A DNA stretch of 64,000 nt from Saprolegnia diclina VS20. Taxonomy: Eukaryota. Under the pieces are notes generated by a model. The model had not been told where the DNA came from and searched no databases. It was given only the letters and a program-made list of their open reading frames with translations. The translations under genes were made by a program, and so were the position numbers. The stretch spans positions 1,286,193-1,350,192 of the forward strand of contig NW_008246070.1 in NCBI RefSeq assembly GCF_000281045.1, in the 5' to 3' direction. Positions 35,601 through 47,594 of the stretch are shown in pieces (the stretch's first letter is position 1; the number at the start of each line of letters is the position of its first letter).

Positions 35601-38600
35601 AATCGACCTGCGACGTCGTCGACCACGACACGGCGACATCGGACGTTGTCTCGTCGATACTCGTCTCGATGCAGTGATGCGCCCACACGTGCTGGAGCAG
35701 AAGTGTCGCTACCTTAGTTTCATGGTCCTCCAACTTGGCCGCCGTGAGGAAGCTCAGCGCGTCGCGGTCGGTCGAGCTCATCGCGATGAGCAGCTGCATC
35801 GTGCGGATCGGGTCGCGCGCATAGTCGGCCGCGAACGCCGACGCTTTGCCGTGCACGTTGCTTTGGTCGAGAAACAGCTCGAGCGAATTCGGGTTCTTGG
35901 CGATGAGAGTCGCGATGATGGCCGTGCAGTCGACATTGCCGACCGACGCGCGGCTCGAGAGCGCGTTGATGATCTTGATCTTGCCATGCGATGCGTCAAA
36001 CTCCATGAGCAAGTACGCCTCGCTGGCCGCATTGCCCACAATGAGGCACCGCAGCGCTTTCCAAAACGGGACCTACCAAACGCCTCACACTCCAAGCAAG
36101 AAGAAGTCGAACGTACGAGCATCGCAGTCAGGTCGTCGCTGGCCGGAATGTAGTCCAAGCACGCAGCCGCCATAAAGATAGCATCGAGAATGTCCATGTC
36201 GATGCACACCGTCTTATACGCTCGCAAGCGCGCGTTTTCTTCGTCTTCTTCAAACTGCTTGTCCATGAGCTCGACGATCTGCATCGTCGTCGTCGTCACG
36301 TGGGCCATGATGTGGTGGAGGCGCTACCATATGCAATAATTTATCGACTACAATGGCATGCATTCAACACGTACCGACGGCGGCGCCTGCGTCAGCGCAG
36401 CATGCGCGAGCTTGAGGAAGCTCTCGCGCCAGTGGTACACTTCGTATAGCATTTGGCTCTCGTCGACCGGGATTGGCTCGAGGCGAAAGGCCTCGGTGCC
36501 CTTCTCGGGGCTCCAGTACAGCTACGCCGTATCCATGATGGACTGGCACAATGCGCAAAAGACGCACCTTGTCCTTGTGCCCGATCAGATGCCAGAGATG
36601 GCCGCAGCGCGCGCACGTGGACTGAACCGTCACGCGTAGGTCGGATGCGAGGTCCAGTTTGAGCGTCGCGAGCGTCATTGTCTCCGTGTCTTCGGTGAGG
36701 AGCACGGCGGGAATGCTGTAGTCGCGTGTGACGCACGGACACTGCATGCCGAGCACGTAGCGCGTGCCAACATGCCGGAGCTGGTACCAGTCTTCGTCGT
36801 TGGCGACGAGGAGTTCGATCGCAAACACCGAGTCCATCGACTTGTGTGGCTGCAGCACCGTCTCGAGCGACGTCGCTAATGGCACGAGGCGCTGGCCGAG
36901 ACACGCTACCGCTTGGTCCTGGAGGAGCAGGTGGCACGGCTCTTGGAGCACCTTGGGCAACGCCGCGGACGCTTCGTGGTGGGCGTACATGCCAATGGCC
37001 AGCAAAGATGGCTTGGGCGGCGTGATCACGACGGGCTTGGCGCGCTGGTTCGAGCCGACGAGGTCGCCGAGGCAGGCGCTCACAAGCGAGATCGGCGTCG
37101 ACGTGGCCACGGGCTCGTCAAACTCCTTGCCCGTCGACGGCACCGCGAGCTGCATAAACTGAAACCACGAGTAGCACGACCCTTGTGCATCGAGCGAGAC
37201 CTACACCCATATTCGTACATGGAATTGTAGGTATCCAACGGCGTACGTTGGCCGTGCCGGGCGCCGCGAGGGGGTTGACGCGGAGGTACTTTTGCGACTT
37301 GACGTGCAGCAGCTGGTACGTCGTGTTGTACTGGACCTCGGTCGTCGTTGTCCGCGTCGCGACCAGTAGAGTCGCATTGCGCTTTTTTTCACTAGCATGT
37401 ATCAAGTTGATACCGAGACTCGGCTGCGAGGATTTTCGTACCGCTCTTCTTCCGAGTACGGGTCGGGCTTTGTGAGGCTCGACATGGAGACCGACGTTTC
37501 GGTGAAGGCGCCGACGCTCACGTGGTCGTACGACAGCTGCGGGTGCACGACGAAGAGGTGGTCGAGCCAGTCATGCACATCTGAGACGTGCAGATCCGAG
37601 TGCAGAAAGCCGTCGCTCGAGAGCACGTGCGAATCGTCGTCGGACGCAAACATAAAGTAGACTAGGTCGCCAATGTGGACGGTCGACGGCGGCGCGGTGC
37701 TGGGCACGAGCAGCGGAATGTCGGACGGCGCGCGGTAGTACGTCTTGTACAGCAGCAGCGCAATCTCCTTCTCTTGCGTCATGGCCGCGAGTGACAAGAG
37801 CGTGTCATTGTTCTACGCATGACACTATCGCATGTGGCTTTCTTAAGAGAATGAATACCGTGTTACTCGCGTCAATCGACGCGCCGTGCTGCAAGAGCAG
37901 CTGCGTCAACGCCAAGTCCGTCATCTCGACCGCCGCGACCATGAGCGGCGTCGCGCCGTACTACGCCGACGCTAAGATCGCAATTTGATAGCGTCGGAAG
38001 ACGTACGAGGTTGCGCGCTTCGAGGTCAGCGCCTTTGGCGACGAGCGCCTCGACAACGTTCGCGTGCTGCTTCTCGACGGCCAAGTGCAGTGGCGTCTTG
38101 GCCTCCTAAATTGCAGCATTGAATGAATGGGTCCGATATGCTTGGAGATACGTACCGAGTTGGAGACGTTGACAAGCGCACCGACTTCAATCAGGTGCTG
38201 CGCAATCTCGGTGCGCTCGAGCTCGAGCGCGAGCGTCAAGGGCGTGTCCCGGCCATACTCGGTCGCGGTCGTCGCCTCCATGTTGGCCCCGTGGTCAAGG
38301 AGGAGCTGGACCAGCCCCAAGTCGCCGAGTTGGATCGCCAAGTGCAAGGCCGAGTACCCGGTCTTCTGGCGCATGAGCCGACAATAGGGTTTGGGGAATG
38401 ACGTACGAGGTTGGCGAGGTTGATGTCGGCGCCGCGCTCAATGAGGAGCGTCGCGAGGTCGACGTGCGCATTGTCTTCGTCGTCGAGCGCGCACACGAGC
38501 GCCGTCCGGTGCTCCTACCCAACACGTCCTTGCATGGTGACGCGCTCGCAGTGTCAATGACGCGTACCGCGTCAATAAAGTCGAGTGCGCAGTTGGCGTC

Positions 38601-39490
38601 GAGAAGCTGCGTCACAATCTCGTCATGGCCTTCCGAGACGGCGAGCATGAGGGGTGTTGCGCCAAACTGCCGACAAATGGCGCGTTCAGCTCCGTGATGA
38701 CAAGGAGAATCGACGTACCCGGTCCTGGAGGTCGACTTCAATGTCGAGGCAGCTGAGAAGGAACCCGACGACGTTAACGTTGCCCTGGAACGCTGCGACG
38801 CCGAGGGCACTGCGTCCTTCCTATAATGCCATGGCATGTCCATCGATCGTCTGTGAAATGAGGTCGTACGTCGTCGACCGCATTGATGTCGGAGGCGGCG
38901 ACGAGCACATCGAGCACATCGACGTGGCCCACTGACGCGGCGAGTAAGAAGGGCGTCTGGTTCGACTAGACACCGAAGAGGTGGGATGCGAGGTCGCCAC
39001 ACAATATCCTACCGAGTTTTTGGCGTCGACGCGGATCTTGGTCGTCAGCAGCTCGGCAACCACGTCCGCGTGGCCCTCCTCGGCCGCCAAATGCAGTGCG
39101 TTCTCGCGGCTCTACCCATCGCCGTTAAAATTGCAGTCGAAAGAGGACGACTACCTTTGTGACAGTGTTGACATCGGTGACAGCCACGAGCGCCTCGACG
39201 ACCGCGAGCATGCCCTGCTTCGCAGCTTCCAGCAGCGCTTTCTCCAGCGTGTCGGCCACCGTGCGCTAACAGCATCGCAGCATAAGACGTCGATGGGTGG
39301 CGCAGTGACGTACGTCGCCGCTGGCAGCCAGCTTGTGCACGAGGGAGAGCGCGGCCTTGGTCTTGCCGTGCGCAATGGCGTCGAGAAGAGCCTACGCATT
39401 CTGCATCTGAGATCTTATCGCTGGCGATGTGCATACGTCCTGCTGCTTGGCCGGCGACGTCGGCGACCTGCGCTGGTGCGAAGTGTCCAT
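29634..39490 (-). CDS. Ankyrin-repeat-fused IP3 receptor/ryanodine receptor superfamily Ca2+-release channel (~2,900 aa, estimate)
   Basis: About 12 ANK repeats. IP3R suppressor-like HIGDLVYF..SSDGF..DHLFVVHP and VQYNTTYQLLHVKSQKYLRVN. RIH-associated LQLLCENH..FLSEACQGPCLENQ. Pore GLLSGGGIGD. S6 RVVYDLFFFIIV..NVIMGIIIDAFGALR. Zn site CLVC..HTNEEHNLWHY. About 20 introns. Confidence 0.9.
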
Positions 39491-40388
39491 CGCCGCAAGC
39501 CGCTGAAATGTACTTTGAAGGAGTTGGATATCATCTCGTGGTCGCATTTTTATTATTTTCATACAAAGATCAAGATGCAAAATGCATTTTATAACGCTCC
39601 TGCCGCTCTTGATGCCCAAAAGCGAGTGGGACCCGACCCATGATCCGGTCCATTTTTGTGGGCCCTGCCCATGATACACTGCATTATGGGGACCCACACA
39701 ATGGACGACGGACCGAGCGATCGGCCCCCACCCAACGCCGTCGTGAGCGCAAGAGTTTCTAGGAGCACTCACGCAAGGATATTGGTCGACGTACAGCCAT
39801 TGCATGGCGGATGGCACCTGCGGTCTCGAGCGAGTAATCCTAGTTTACAGTCTGGCTACTACAAAGCGCGAGAAGTCCGGTGTGCATGGATTAGCCAAGG
39901 TGGAGGTTACTGTGAGGTAAACAAGTCGACCATCTCAGGCGATGGCGAGCAGGAGGGCGTGCGCGTGCATTGCATCCGCAACGGCAACTTCAGAACGCCT
40001 CGTCTTTGTCACCGATGAAGTGGAAGTGCTTATAGAACGAGGTACCCACCCAGGTAGGGGGCCCCACGAAAACTAGCCATCAGCCGCAGGTTTGCGGTCG
40101 TCAGCGCCTGTCGCAATGGATGGCCGCAGGACCCCATGGAAGCCAGCGATATGTATCCTTCACAAGACAGCCGCGGTACTGCACCGCCAGTGGCTCAAGC
40201 TTTACCACCTCGAGCTTTCGAGCAGCTTTGAAACACAAAGAGCAACTCAGCGCCCGTTCAAATCTTTGAGCCAATGGCAACGATTCCGCGATTCATTGAC
40301 CACCGCCGCGGATGGTCAGTCATTCGTAGAAGTGCAATAGTAAGCCTATTAATACTAGTAGTACGATTAAAGTACCGGCAAGCATTTG

Positions 40389-41700
40389 TTAGCCATCATC
40401 TTGGATCTCGTCGTCCGTGCTCTTCTCTGGTCGTAGGGCGGACCGAGGCTCGGCCACCCTCGTCGACTGTTGTATTCGCGCTGGCCGCTTGTCGCTTGCC
40501 AAGGTCGGTGGGGGCATCGGCACCTTCTTGGCCGAACCGTCGGGCCCGACGATGCGGTGCGTCATCGAGGTCACCGACGCGCCTTGCAAAAAGGAACACA
40601 GTTGCTGGTTGGTTTGTGTGTCAACCACGAGCTCCCGTAGCGTGCGCTTGAGCTTCTTGAGCTGCACGACCTGAAGGCGGAGCTCTTTCTCCTTGTCCAA
40701 AAGCTGTGCCTGGAACGACTCCATCTCGCGTTTGCACTCGTCCAGCTGGTCTTCGCACGCCTTGATGATGCGGTCGTACTTGGCTTTCTCAAGGCGCTTG
40801 GTCTAACAGCGATCGAGATCCAGCGACCATTCAACGGCTTCCCACCCAAAAGTACGCACCTTCTCGAGCTGCGCCACGCGGGCCTGGAGCTGCAACAGTT
40901 CGTCTTCCCGGCCATCGTCCATGTCCTAGCTTATCCAGTGAGTAACGACAAACTGGGTTGCCGTCGACCTTGGCTGCGTCACTTGGCGGTTTGTAGCTTT
41001 CGTGGGCTTTGATCTTCTCGGTCAGCGATTTGTTGCGCTGAGTCAAGTCGACAACTTGCTGGTGGAGTTTGGCCGACCGCTCGTCCGCCGCCTTCTCGCG
41101 CTCCTTGTACATGCGGAAGGTCTCTTTGCAGACGCGGAGCTCTTCCATGACCGAGTGGTGTTTGGCTGGAAAATGCTCTTTCAGCGCCTCGAGCTCTTCA
41201 ATGCGCTTGGCCTGCGTGCGCTGGAGGTTGGCCAAATACCGGTTCTCATGCACGAGCTTCTCGATAAGGAGCTGCTTCTCGCGGGCCTTGTTTTCGAGCT
41301 AGTCCCACATCGTTTGCCAGTCTCAAACGACGTGAGAAGCGTACGTGGACAAGCGCGTCGTTCGAGTGCAGCGACTCGAGCTCCTTGCGCAGCGTCTCGT
41401 TGGCCTTGCGGTAGACACCAATCTTCTTTTGGAGAAATTGGAGCTCGGTCTCTTTCTTGGTCGTCGCATTCACAGTGGTGACTTTCTTGGCCGCAGTCAC
41501 GGCGACTGCATCGCGCGTTTGGTCGTCTACGGTAGCAGCGTGAGGGTCGATCGCGGACCGGCGGCCACCTTTCGTGGGACTCGCACGCGCCTTTTCTGGG
41601 CTCGATGCGCCCTAATAACACACGTCACGAAGACATGCGAGAGGCATGGGCTTTCTACTTCGTCGAACGAGTCGTCCTTGTAGTCGACGTCGGCGTCCAT
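40389..41700 (-). CDS. Lebercilin (LCA5)-domain coiled-coil protein, probably ciliary
   Basis: LVHENRYLANLQRTQAKRIEELEALKEHFPAKHHSVMEELRVCKETFRMYKEREK resembles the lebercilin core. Starts MDADVDYKDDSFDE. Four introns. Confidence 0.65.
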
Positions 41701-42321
41701 GGCGGCGGCGCGGATCGGGCAATCGCCGAGTGTGAAACCGCTCGAAAGCGTCGATTTCTTCATACGAAACGGAGCCAACGCCACGTCGGGCAGCCCAACG
41801 TACGTGAGATGCACCAAATGGATTTGGAATCAAATGACCAGTGCTACCGACTGACTACGTCCCTAGTACCTGTGCAAATAGAGCTGGCTCCATGGTGGAC
41901 AGTTGACCGTGGCCTTGAATGGGTACCCACGCCTTGTATCGCTCGCAAGGTTGCAAGACCAGCTCCAGCGCAGAAATTCGCTTCACAACAACCTCAACCG
42001 CAATATGCAGGCGACCCCGGCGAGTCAGCAGTATGAACGTGGGCCCGGTTGACGGATTGTACGTAGGAGCTAGTGGTGCATCTGTGCATCGTGGATTCCG
42101 CAGCGGGGCAGAAGCTACGTCGCGGCTTGCTCCATGCTCTTTGTGTACCGTCGATGCCGCACTTTACATGTTAGTTAGTCGTATCTCTAGGACAGTCCAT
42201 GTGGACGGACACCCACGCCAATCGGTTTCAGCCACGATGGATCCGCATACACTCCTGGACAGAAACTCAATTTGGCTCATATCCGGATACAATTTGAGTT
42301 TTGAGTTTTAAATCTATCAGC

Positions 42322-43565
42322 ATGGCGGACGGTCGCAGCAGTGGCAGCGCCGGCGATACCAAGCCCAAGCGCAAAGGTATGAGACGTCGATGGCATGCTA
42401 ACGCAGTGCGCGCGTCTCACTCTTTCTCTCTCAGTCAAGGTCGTTGCGTCACGGTATGCGCAGAGCTTGAACATTCCAGCGCGACGTCAAGCTGCGGCGC
42501 CGCCGCCGGCCCCAGCGTCGACATCGGCAGCACCTGCTCCAGCTCCAGCACCGTATGCACGAGCTACATCAGCAAAACGCACGGCTCTGGCCCCGACACA
42601 AGCGCCCGCGCCTGCCGCACCGTTGTCTGGCAGCGTGGCCGAGCGGCTGCAGGCCTTTCGCCAAAAGAAGGCTGCGCACGAGCCAACACGGACACCGACA
42701 AAGGTCGTCAAGAAAGCGCGCACGGAAGCAACGACGAGCTCTACGCGTCTCGACGTTGCGGCGCCGCCCAAACAGTCCCAGGCGCCAACGACGTCCGCCA
42801 AGGACACGGAGCAGGAGACGATTGAGCTCCATGAATCGCTCTACTACCAGCTCTGCTACGTCGAGCGCTTGGCGGACCAAGCTTTTCAAAAGCAAGAGGC
42901 CGACGCCATGGTAGACAACGTACTGGTCATCTCGGTGCAAGCAAGCATGACGTGGTACTAGGCCCAGCTCGCGGCTGTCTTTGCCGTCGTCCACGAGAAG
43001 ACCAAGGCCCTCCACAGCATGGAGCGGCGCTGGGCCCATGAGCGCAAAATGTTTCATTTGCACTCGCACCTCCAAGACCATGTACGACGCGACAGACGTC
43101 CTTCCATCATACCTCTCATACCCCATCTTCTAGGGCGCGTCACTGGGGCACTTGCCCGAGCTCTTTAAAGCCTACGGGGACCAAATTCGCGATCTCTCGA
43201 GGGCCATTGGCGCGACGCTGCATCGCCTGCCCATGTCCGATGCCCATTGCTCGCCCTCGGCGCTGGACGCAGCCCTTCAGGAGCTCACACGCACACTCGA
43301 GTACACGTTGTCGTCGACACTGCCGACGTGGGCCACGCCGGTACGTTCGTATTGCTCGTCGTCGTGTGAGCCTACGCCCATGTAGATCGCGACACTAGCA
43401 ACGCACGGCGCCAGTCTGCACACCAACGTGGCGCAGCTCGATGCGCTCTTCGTCGAGCTGCAAGCACTACTAAGGCAACTCGGTGCGGTGTCAGACAAGG
43501 CGCGGAGTCAGGTCATTGGGCGCCTCGAGCGCCAGACCGCACTGGATGGCCTCGTCGTACCATAG
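42322..43565 (+). CDS. Augmin subunit 8 (HAUS8/QWRF)-like protein
   Basis: N-terminal KVVASRY motif, P/A/T-rich basic linker, then LYYQLCYVERLADQAFQKQEADA...LSRAIGATLHRLP. Four introns. Confidence 0.6.
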
Positions 43566-43635
43566 AAGAGAGAGTGGTCATGGCCGTCATGGACGACACG
43601 CTACAACGTGTTGTCGAGTTAATATCTACAACTAC

Positions 43636-45628
43636 CTACACGACCGAGCTGTTGCGCTGGAGGAGAGCGTTGAACTTCTCCTGGAGCTTCTGTCGCTGCT
43701 CCATGCGCTGCGTCACGAGGTCGCTCTTGTTGCGCTTCCAGAAGAGCATGTCGTCTTCGGGAATGAGGCTCTCGGCGTCGTCGTCGGCTTCGTCGACCGG
43801 GTCGTGCTCCCAGCCCATGGACGAGAGAAGCTGGCGCTCCGCGTCCGCGTCCAGCCGCATCTTGCTCGGACTCTCGGCTGGCACCGGCGCTTTTGGTGCG
43901 ACAACCTTCTTGACCTTCTTCGGCTTGGTGGGCGTCGGTTCGACTTCAATCGGCGTCGCCGAGTCGGACGCGGCCGACTTGGTCGCGGCCTTCTTCTTCT
44001 TCTTCTTCTTCTCCTTTCGCTTTTCCTTCTTGCGTTCTTCGCGGCGCGAGTCCTCCTCCTCCTCTGCGAGGAGCTGCTCCATGATCTCTTGGCCATGAAG
44101 CGCCTCGACCGCCATGTCAAAGTTGTGTCGAATCGTTGCAATCGCGCAGTACAAGAGCAGCTCGGACGACCGCTCTTCGCACTGGATCTTGCTCCACATC
44201 ATTTGCAGCTTGTCCCAAACGACGAGCCCGAGGCACGTGAGCACCTCGTCTTGGGCTTCGGCGAGCGTCCGCGCGTGGCGATCGAGCACGACTTCTTGGT
44301 CGGCGCGGTCCATGAGCTGGAGGAGGTACTCGAGCGTCGCCGGCACGATGATCTGGTTCGTGTCGCGGCAAAAGCTAATCTCGTCAAAGAGGAACGCGCT
44401 CGCATCGTCGTGGGACGTGACCGAATTCGGCTCTTCGTGCGACGACGACGACCCGTTCGACGAGCTCTTGTCGTCCGAGTAGCAGTGCAAGCCCGCGCAG
44501 TCTTCGCAGTCGCTCTCGCTGCAGCCCGACCCGACGAGGAGGTCGTACGCCTCGAGGACCTTTTCCTTGCAGCGGCAGCAAAACCGGTGCCTTCTCAAGT
44601 AGCATTCGAGGTCGTTGAGAAACTGGTCCGAGTCGATTTGCGTAATTTCGTTTTGGTACTCGGGCGTCATCTTCTCCCACAGATTCGTAAACGTGCCGGG
44701 CCGCGGGTGCGACTTGAGCTTCGCCGAGTGGAGCGCACAGCGCTTGCTCGACTTGGCAAAGTTCATGCCGAGTCCCAGACTCAGACTGCTCAGCCCGAGC
44801 GTGAGACTGCCCAGATGGCCCATCGCGCCGAGGTCGAGGCCGGCCGGCGGCGGACCAAACATGCCGAGTGGATGGTGCGACGGCGGCGCAGCACCGTTGG
44901 CACTCGCCGCCATTGCCGGATGCAAGGGCGCGGTCGGCAGCAGCGACGACGGGTGATGCGTGGTCGTCGTCGTTGTCATCATCGACGACGATGTCGTGCC
45001 ATTCGTGTGCATGTGCAGCTTCATCGTTGTCTCGTAGTTGAACGTCGTTGTCTTGACCTTGAGCGTCGTATTGTGCTTGGCGAGCTTGTTGCCTTTATGG
45101 CCCTTGTGCGTGCTCGCGGTCGTCTGGATCACGTTCTGCGTCTCGTGCGACACAAAGAGCGCAAGCGTTGCGTCGGCCTGTACGAGGTACGTCGGATGCA
45201 GCACAAAGGTTTGGTCCGTATGGAATTGGACAACACCCGAGTCGTTGAGCTGGATGCTCGTGTTGTTCATGCCACCCGGGTTGAGCGACCCGCAGAGTAG
45301 CGGCAGCGTCGTCGTCGCGCGCAGAAAGAGGCTCTCGGCGCCGCTGCGGCACGCGAGGCAGGGCACGAGCTCCGCGACCGTGGCGAAGAACTGCACGCCC
45401 GTGCCACGCAGGCAATGCATGCGCTCGCTCTCCGACAAGATCGACCAGCGCTATTCGTCGAGGATGCGGTCAGGATCACACGTCGCGATGCACACGTGGT
45501 CGTACCTTGCGGAACTCCTTGAGCGCAGTCGCCGACGGCTGCACGATGGTGGACTTGGATGCGATCGACGAGCAGGGCTTCATCGGGCCTGGCGTCGTCG
45601 TCGTCGTCGTCTTGGCAAGCGAGGTCAT
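43636..45628 (-). CDS. GGNBP2: Gametogenetin-binding protein 2 (GGNBP2/ZNF403)-like
   Basis: CLACRSGAESLF, CALHS, LECYLRRHRFCCRCKEKVLEAY, RHARTLAEAQDEVLTCLG, EQLLAEEE followed by a poly-K tract. One intron at about 45451-45505. Confidence 0.8.
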
Positions 45629-45937
45629 TGTCTCGGCGCGACCACCTATCTCTCGATGTATTCCCGGCGACGCTAGACGGAATAATTACCTCCAATTAAA
45701 TCGCGGTTGCCTTTTTTTTATTGGATCCGGATACGCCGCACCCGACGGCTGGCTTTTGGCGCGCGCGCATTGGACCAATGTATGCGGCGACGTCCCACAC
45801 TGCCAATGAACGCCCGATCGTATCCGGATGATCCCGCCGAGTTCTTAGAAGTGATCGACTAAGCGTATCAACTTTGAGAGACCGATGACCAAGCGCCGAA
45901 GGACAACGAAGCAACTTCCGCATCCGCTTGACGCAGC

Positions 45938-47009
45938 ATGACGACGACCATCCAAGACCTCAAGGCCCGGACCAACGGCCTCGCACTTGGCACTGTTGGC
46001 CTCGGCGGCCTCTACCAGCAGCTCCCGGGCGAAGCCGTCGCGGTCGCCACCGAGACCTTCCGCACGGCCTTTGCGCATGGCGTGCGCCTCATCGACACGT
46101 CGCCGTGGTACAATAACGCCGAAACAGTCGTCGGCGCGGCGCTGGCGAACCTCGAGACGTCCCGCGACGAGTACATCCTCGTGACCAAGTGCGGTCGGTA
46201 CCCGAGTCCATTGCACCCGAATGGCGTCTTTGACTACTCGCGCGACCGCATTCGCCAAAGCGTGCACGAGTCGCTGCAAAAGCTCGGGTACGATGCTTCG
46301 CCGACCCCATCTGGAGATCTGGAGATGGCATCTTCAAGCTGCGTATAGGACAACGTACCTCGATGCGGTGTACCTGCACGACGTCGAGTTTGTCGCACGC
46401 GAGATTGTGCTCCACACGGCGATCCCGGCGCTCGCCGAGCTCCAGCGCGAAGGTCTCGTGCGCCTCATTGGCATCTGCGGCTACCCGCTCGACGTAATAC
46501 GACGACGCTGCGTGGCGTGCGTGGCTCACGCCACCTAATAGGTGCTAGACGATCTCATCCAGAACTCGCCGCACCCGCTGCAGATCGTGCAAAGCTACTC
46601 GCATCTGACGCTCCAGAACGACACGCTGCTGGCGAAGGCCAAGGCGTGGGAGGCCAAGGGCATCTTTGTCATCAATGCGGCGCCGCTCTCGATGAGTCTG
46701 CTCACGTCGCGTGGCCCGCCGTCGTGGCACCCTGCCTCGCCGGCGCTGCGTGCGAGCTGCGCCGAGGCGCTCACGTGGCTGGCCGCCCATTCAAAAGCCA
46801 CGTATGCGTCGCAGCCGTCTGTCGAGAGCTTGGCCATCCAGTACACGCTCGACGTGCAGCGCGCGCATCCGTCGATCGCATGCATGGTCGTGGGCAGTAT
46901 CGGCGAAGCCGAAGTCCTCTCGTCCGTCGCGTGTCGGGATGCCACGGGGCCCATGACGGACGCCGACATTGCCAAGGTAATCCTAGACACCCTCGTCCGA
47001 GCGCAGTAG
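45938..47009 (+). CDS. Aldo-keto reductase, L-galactose/D-arabinose dehydrogenase-like
   Basis: LIDTSPWY, VTKCGRY, FDYSRDRIRQSVHESL..LG|TTYLDAVYLHDVEF, IGICGYPL, INAAPLSMSLL, WHPAS. Two introns. Confidence 0.88.
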
Positions 47010-47594
47010 TATTTCATTGTCTATGTCTAGTTCCGTGACATCCTCGGTAGCCACTACAACGAGTCGTGGACGCAGGACCTGACGTCGTACGTGGCGCCGC
47101 GCCAGTAGTGTAGTCGCTAACATAACCAGTGAGCGATCCACGCCGCTTGCTTCGTTGCGACTTGGCATTAAGGCCGACTTGCGTCAGGACAGCTCTTGCA
47201 TCTTGCCCATCATGTGCCAGCTGTAGGGGCGGGCCAGCCATACATACAGCCGTCGAGACAGCAGCGTGCGACACCGAGTACGCTTCTCGGCGCCGGCGCT
47301 CGACGTCGACCAAGCTCATGCTCATCGACCGACGCGCTTCCTGCACGCCATGCTGGCGCTTGGCGTCCGTTACCAACTCGGCTCGCCGTGGGTGTTACAT
47401 CGGCGGTGGGTTCCAGCGGCGTAATAAAATAAAATCGACGCGATGTCGCGCCGCGAGTTTTCTGTATTTTAAAACACGGGGATACTGATGATCTTGGTGT
47501 TTGTATGTACTTTAATTCATTGACCTCGGAGATGCGGTTAACGGCTGCGCAATATATTCCGAACGTTGAGCAGTCGAGAGATCACTCCGACGCC

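Noticed and set aside
37813..39490. Ankyrin region as a separate gene, or as a frameshifted pseudogene
   Set aside because: All frame breaks are explained by canonical phase-0 introns, and the last repeat shares an exon with the IP3R N-terminal domain.
43990..44070. (TTC)n/(TCC)n microsatellite-like tract; also (GTT)n at about 56365 and (GTC)n at about 45593
   Set aside because: These are codon runs for poly-Lys/Glu, poly-Asn and poly-Thr inside coding exons, not independent repeats or CRISPR-like arrays.
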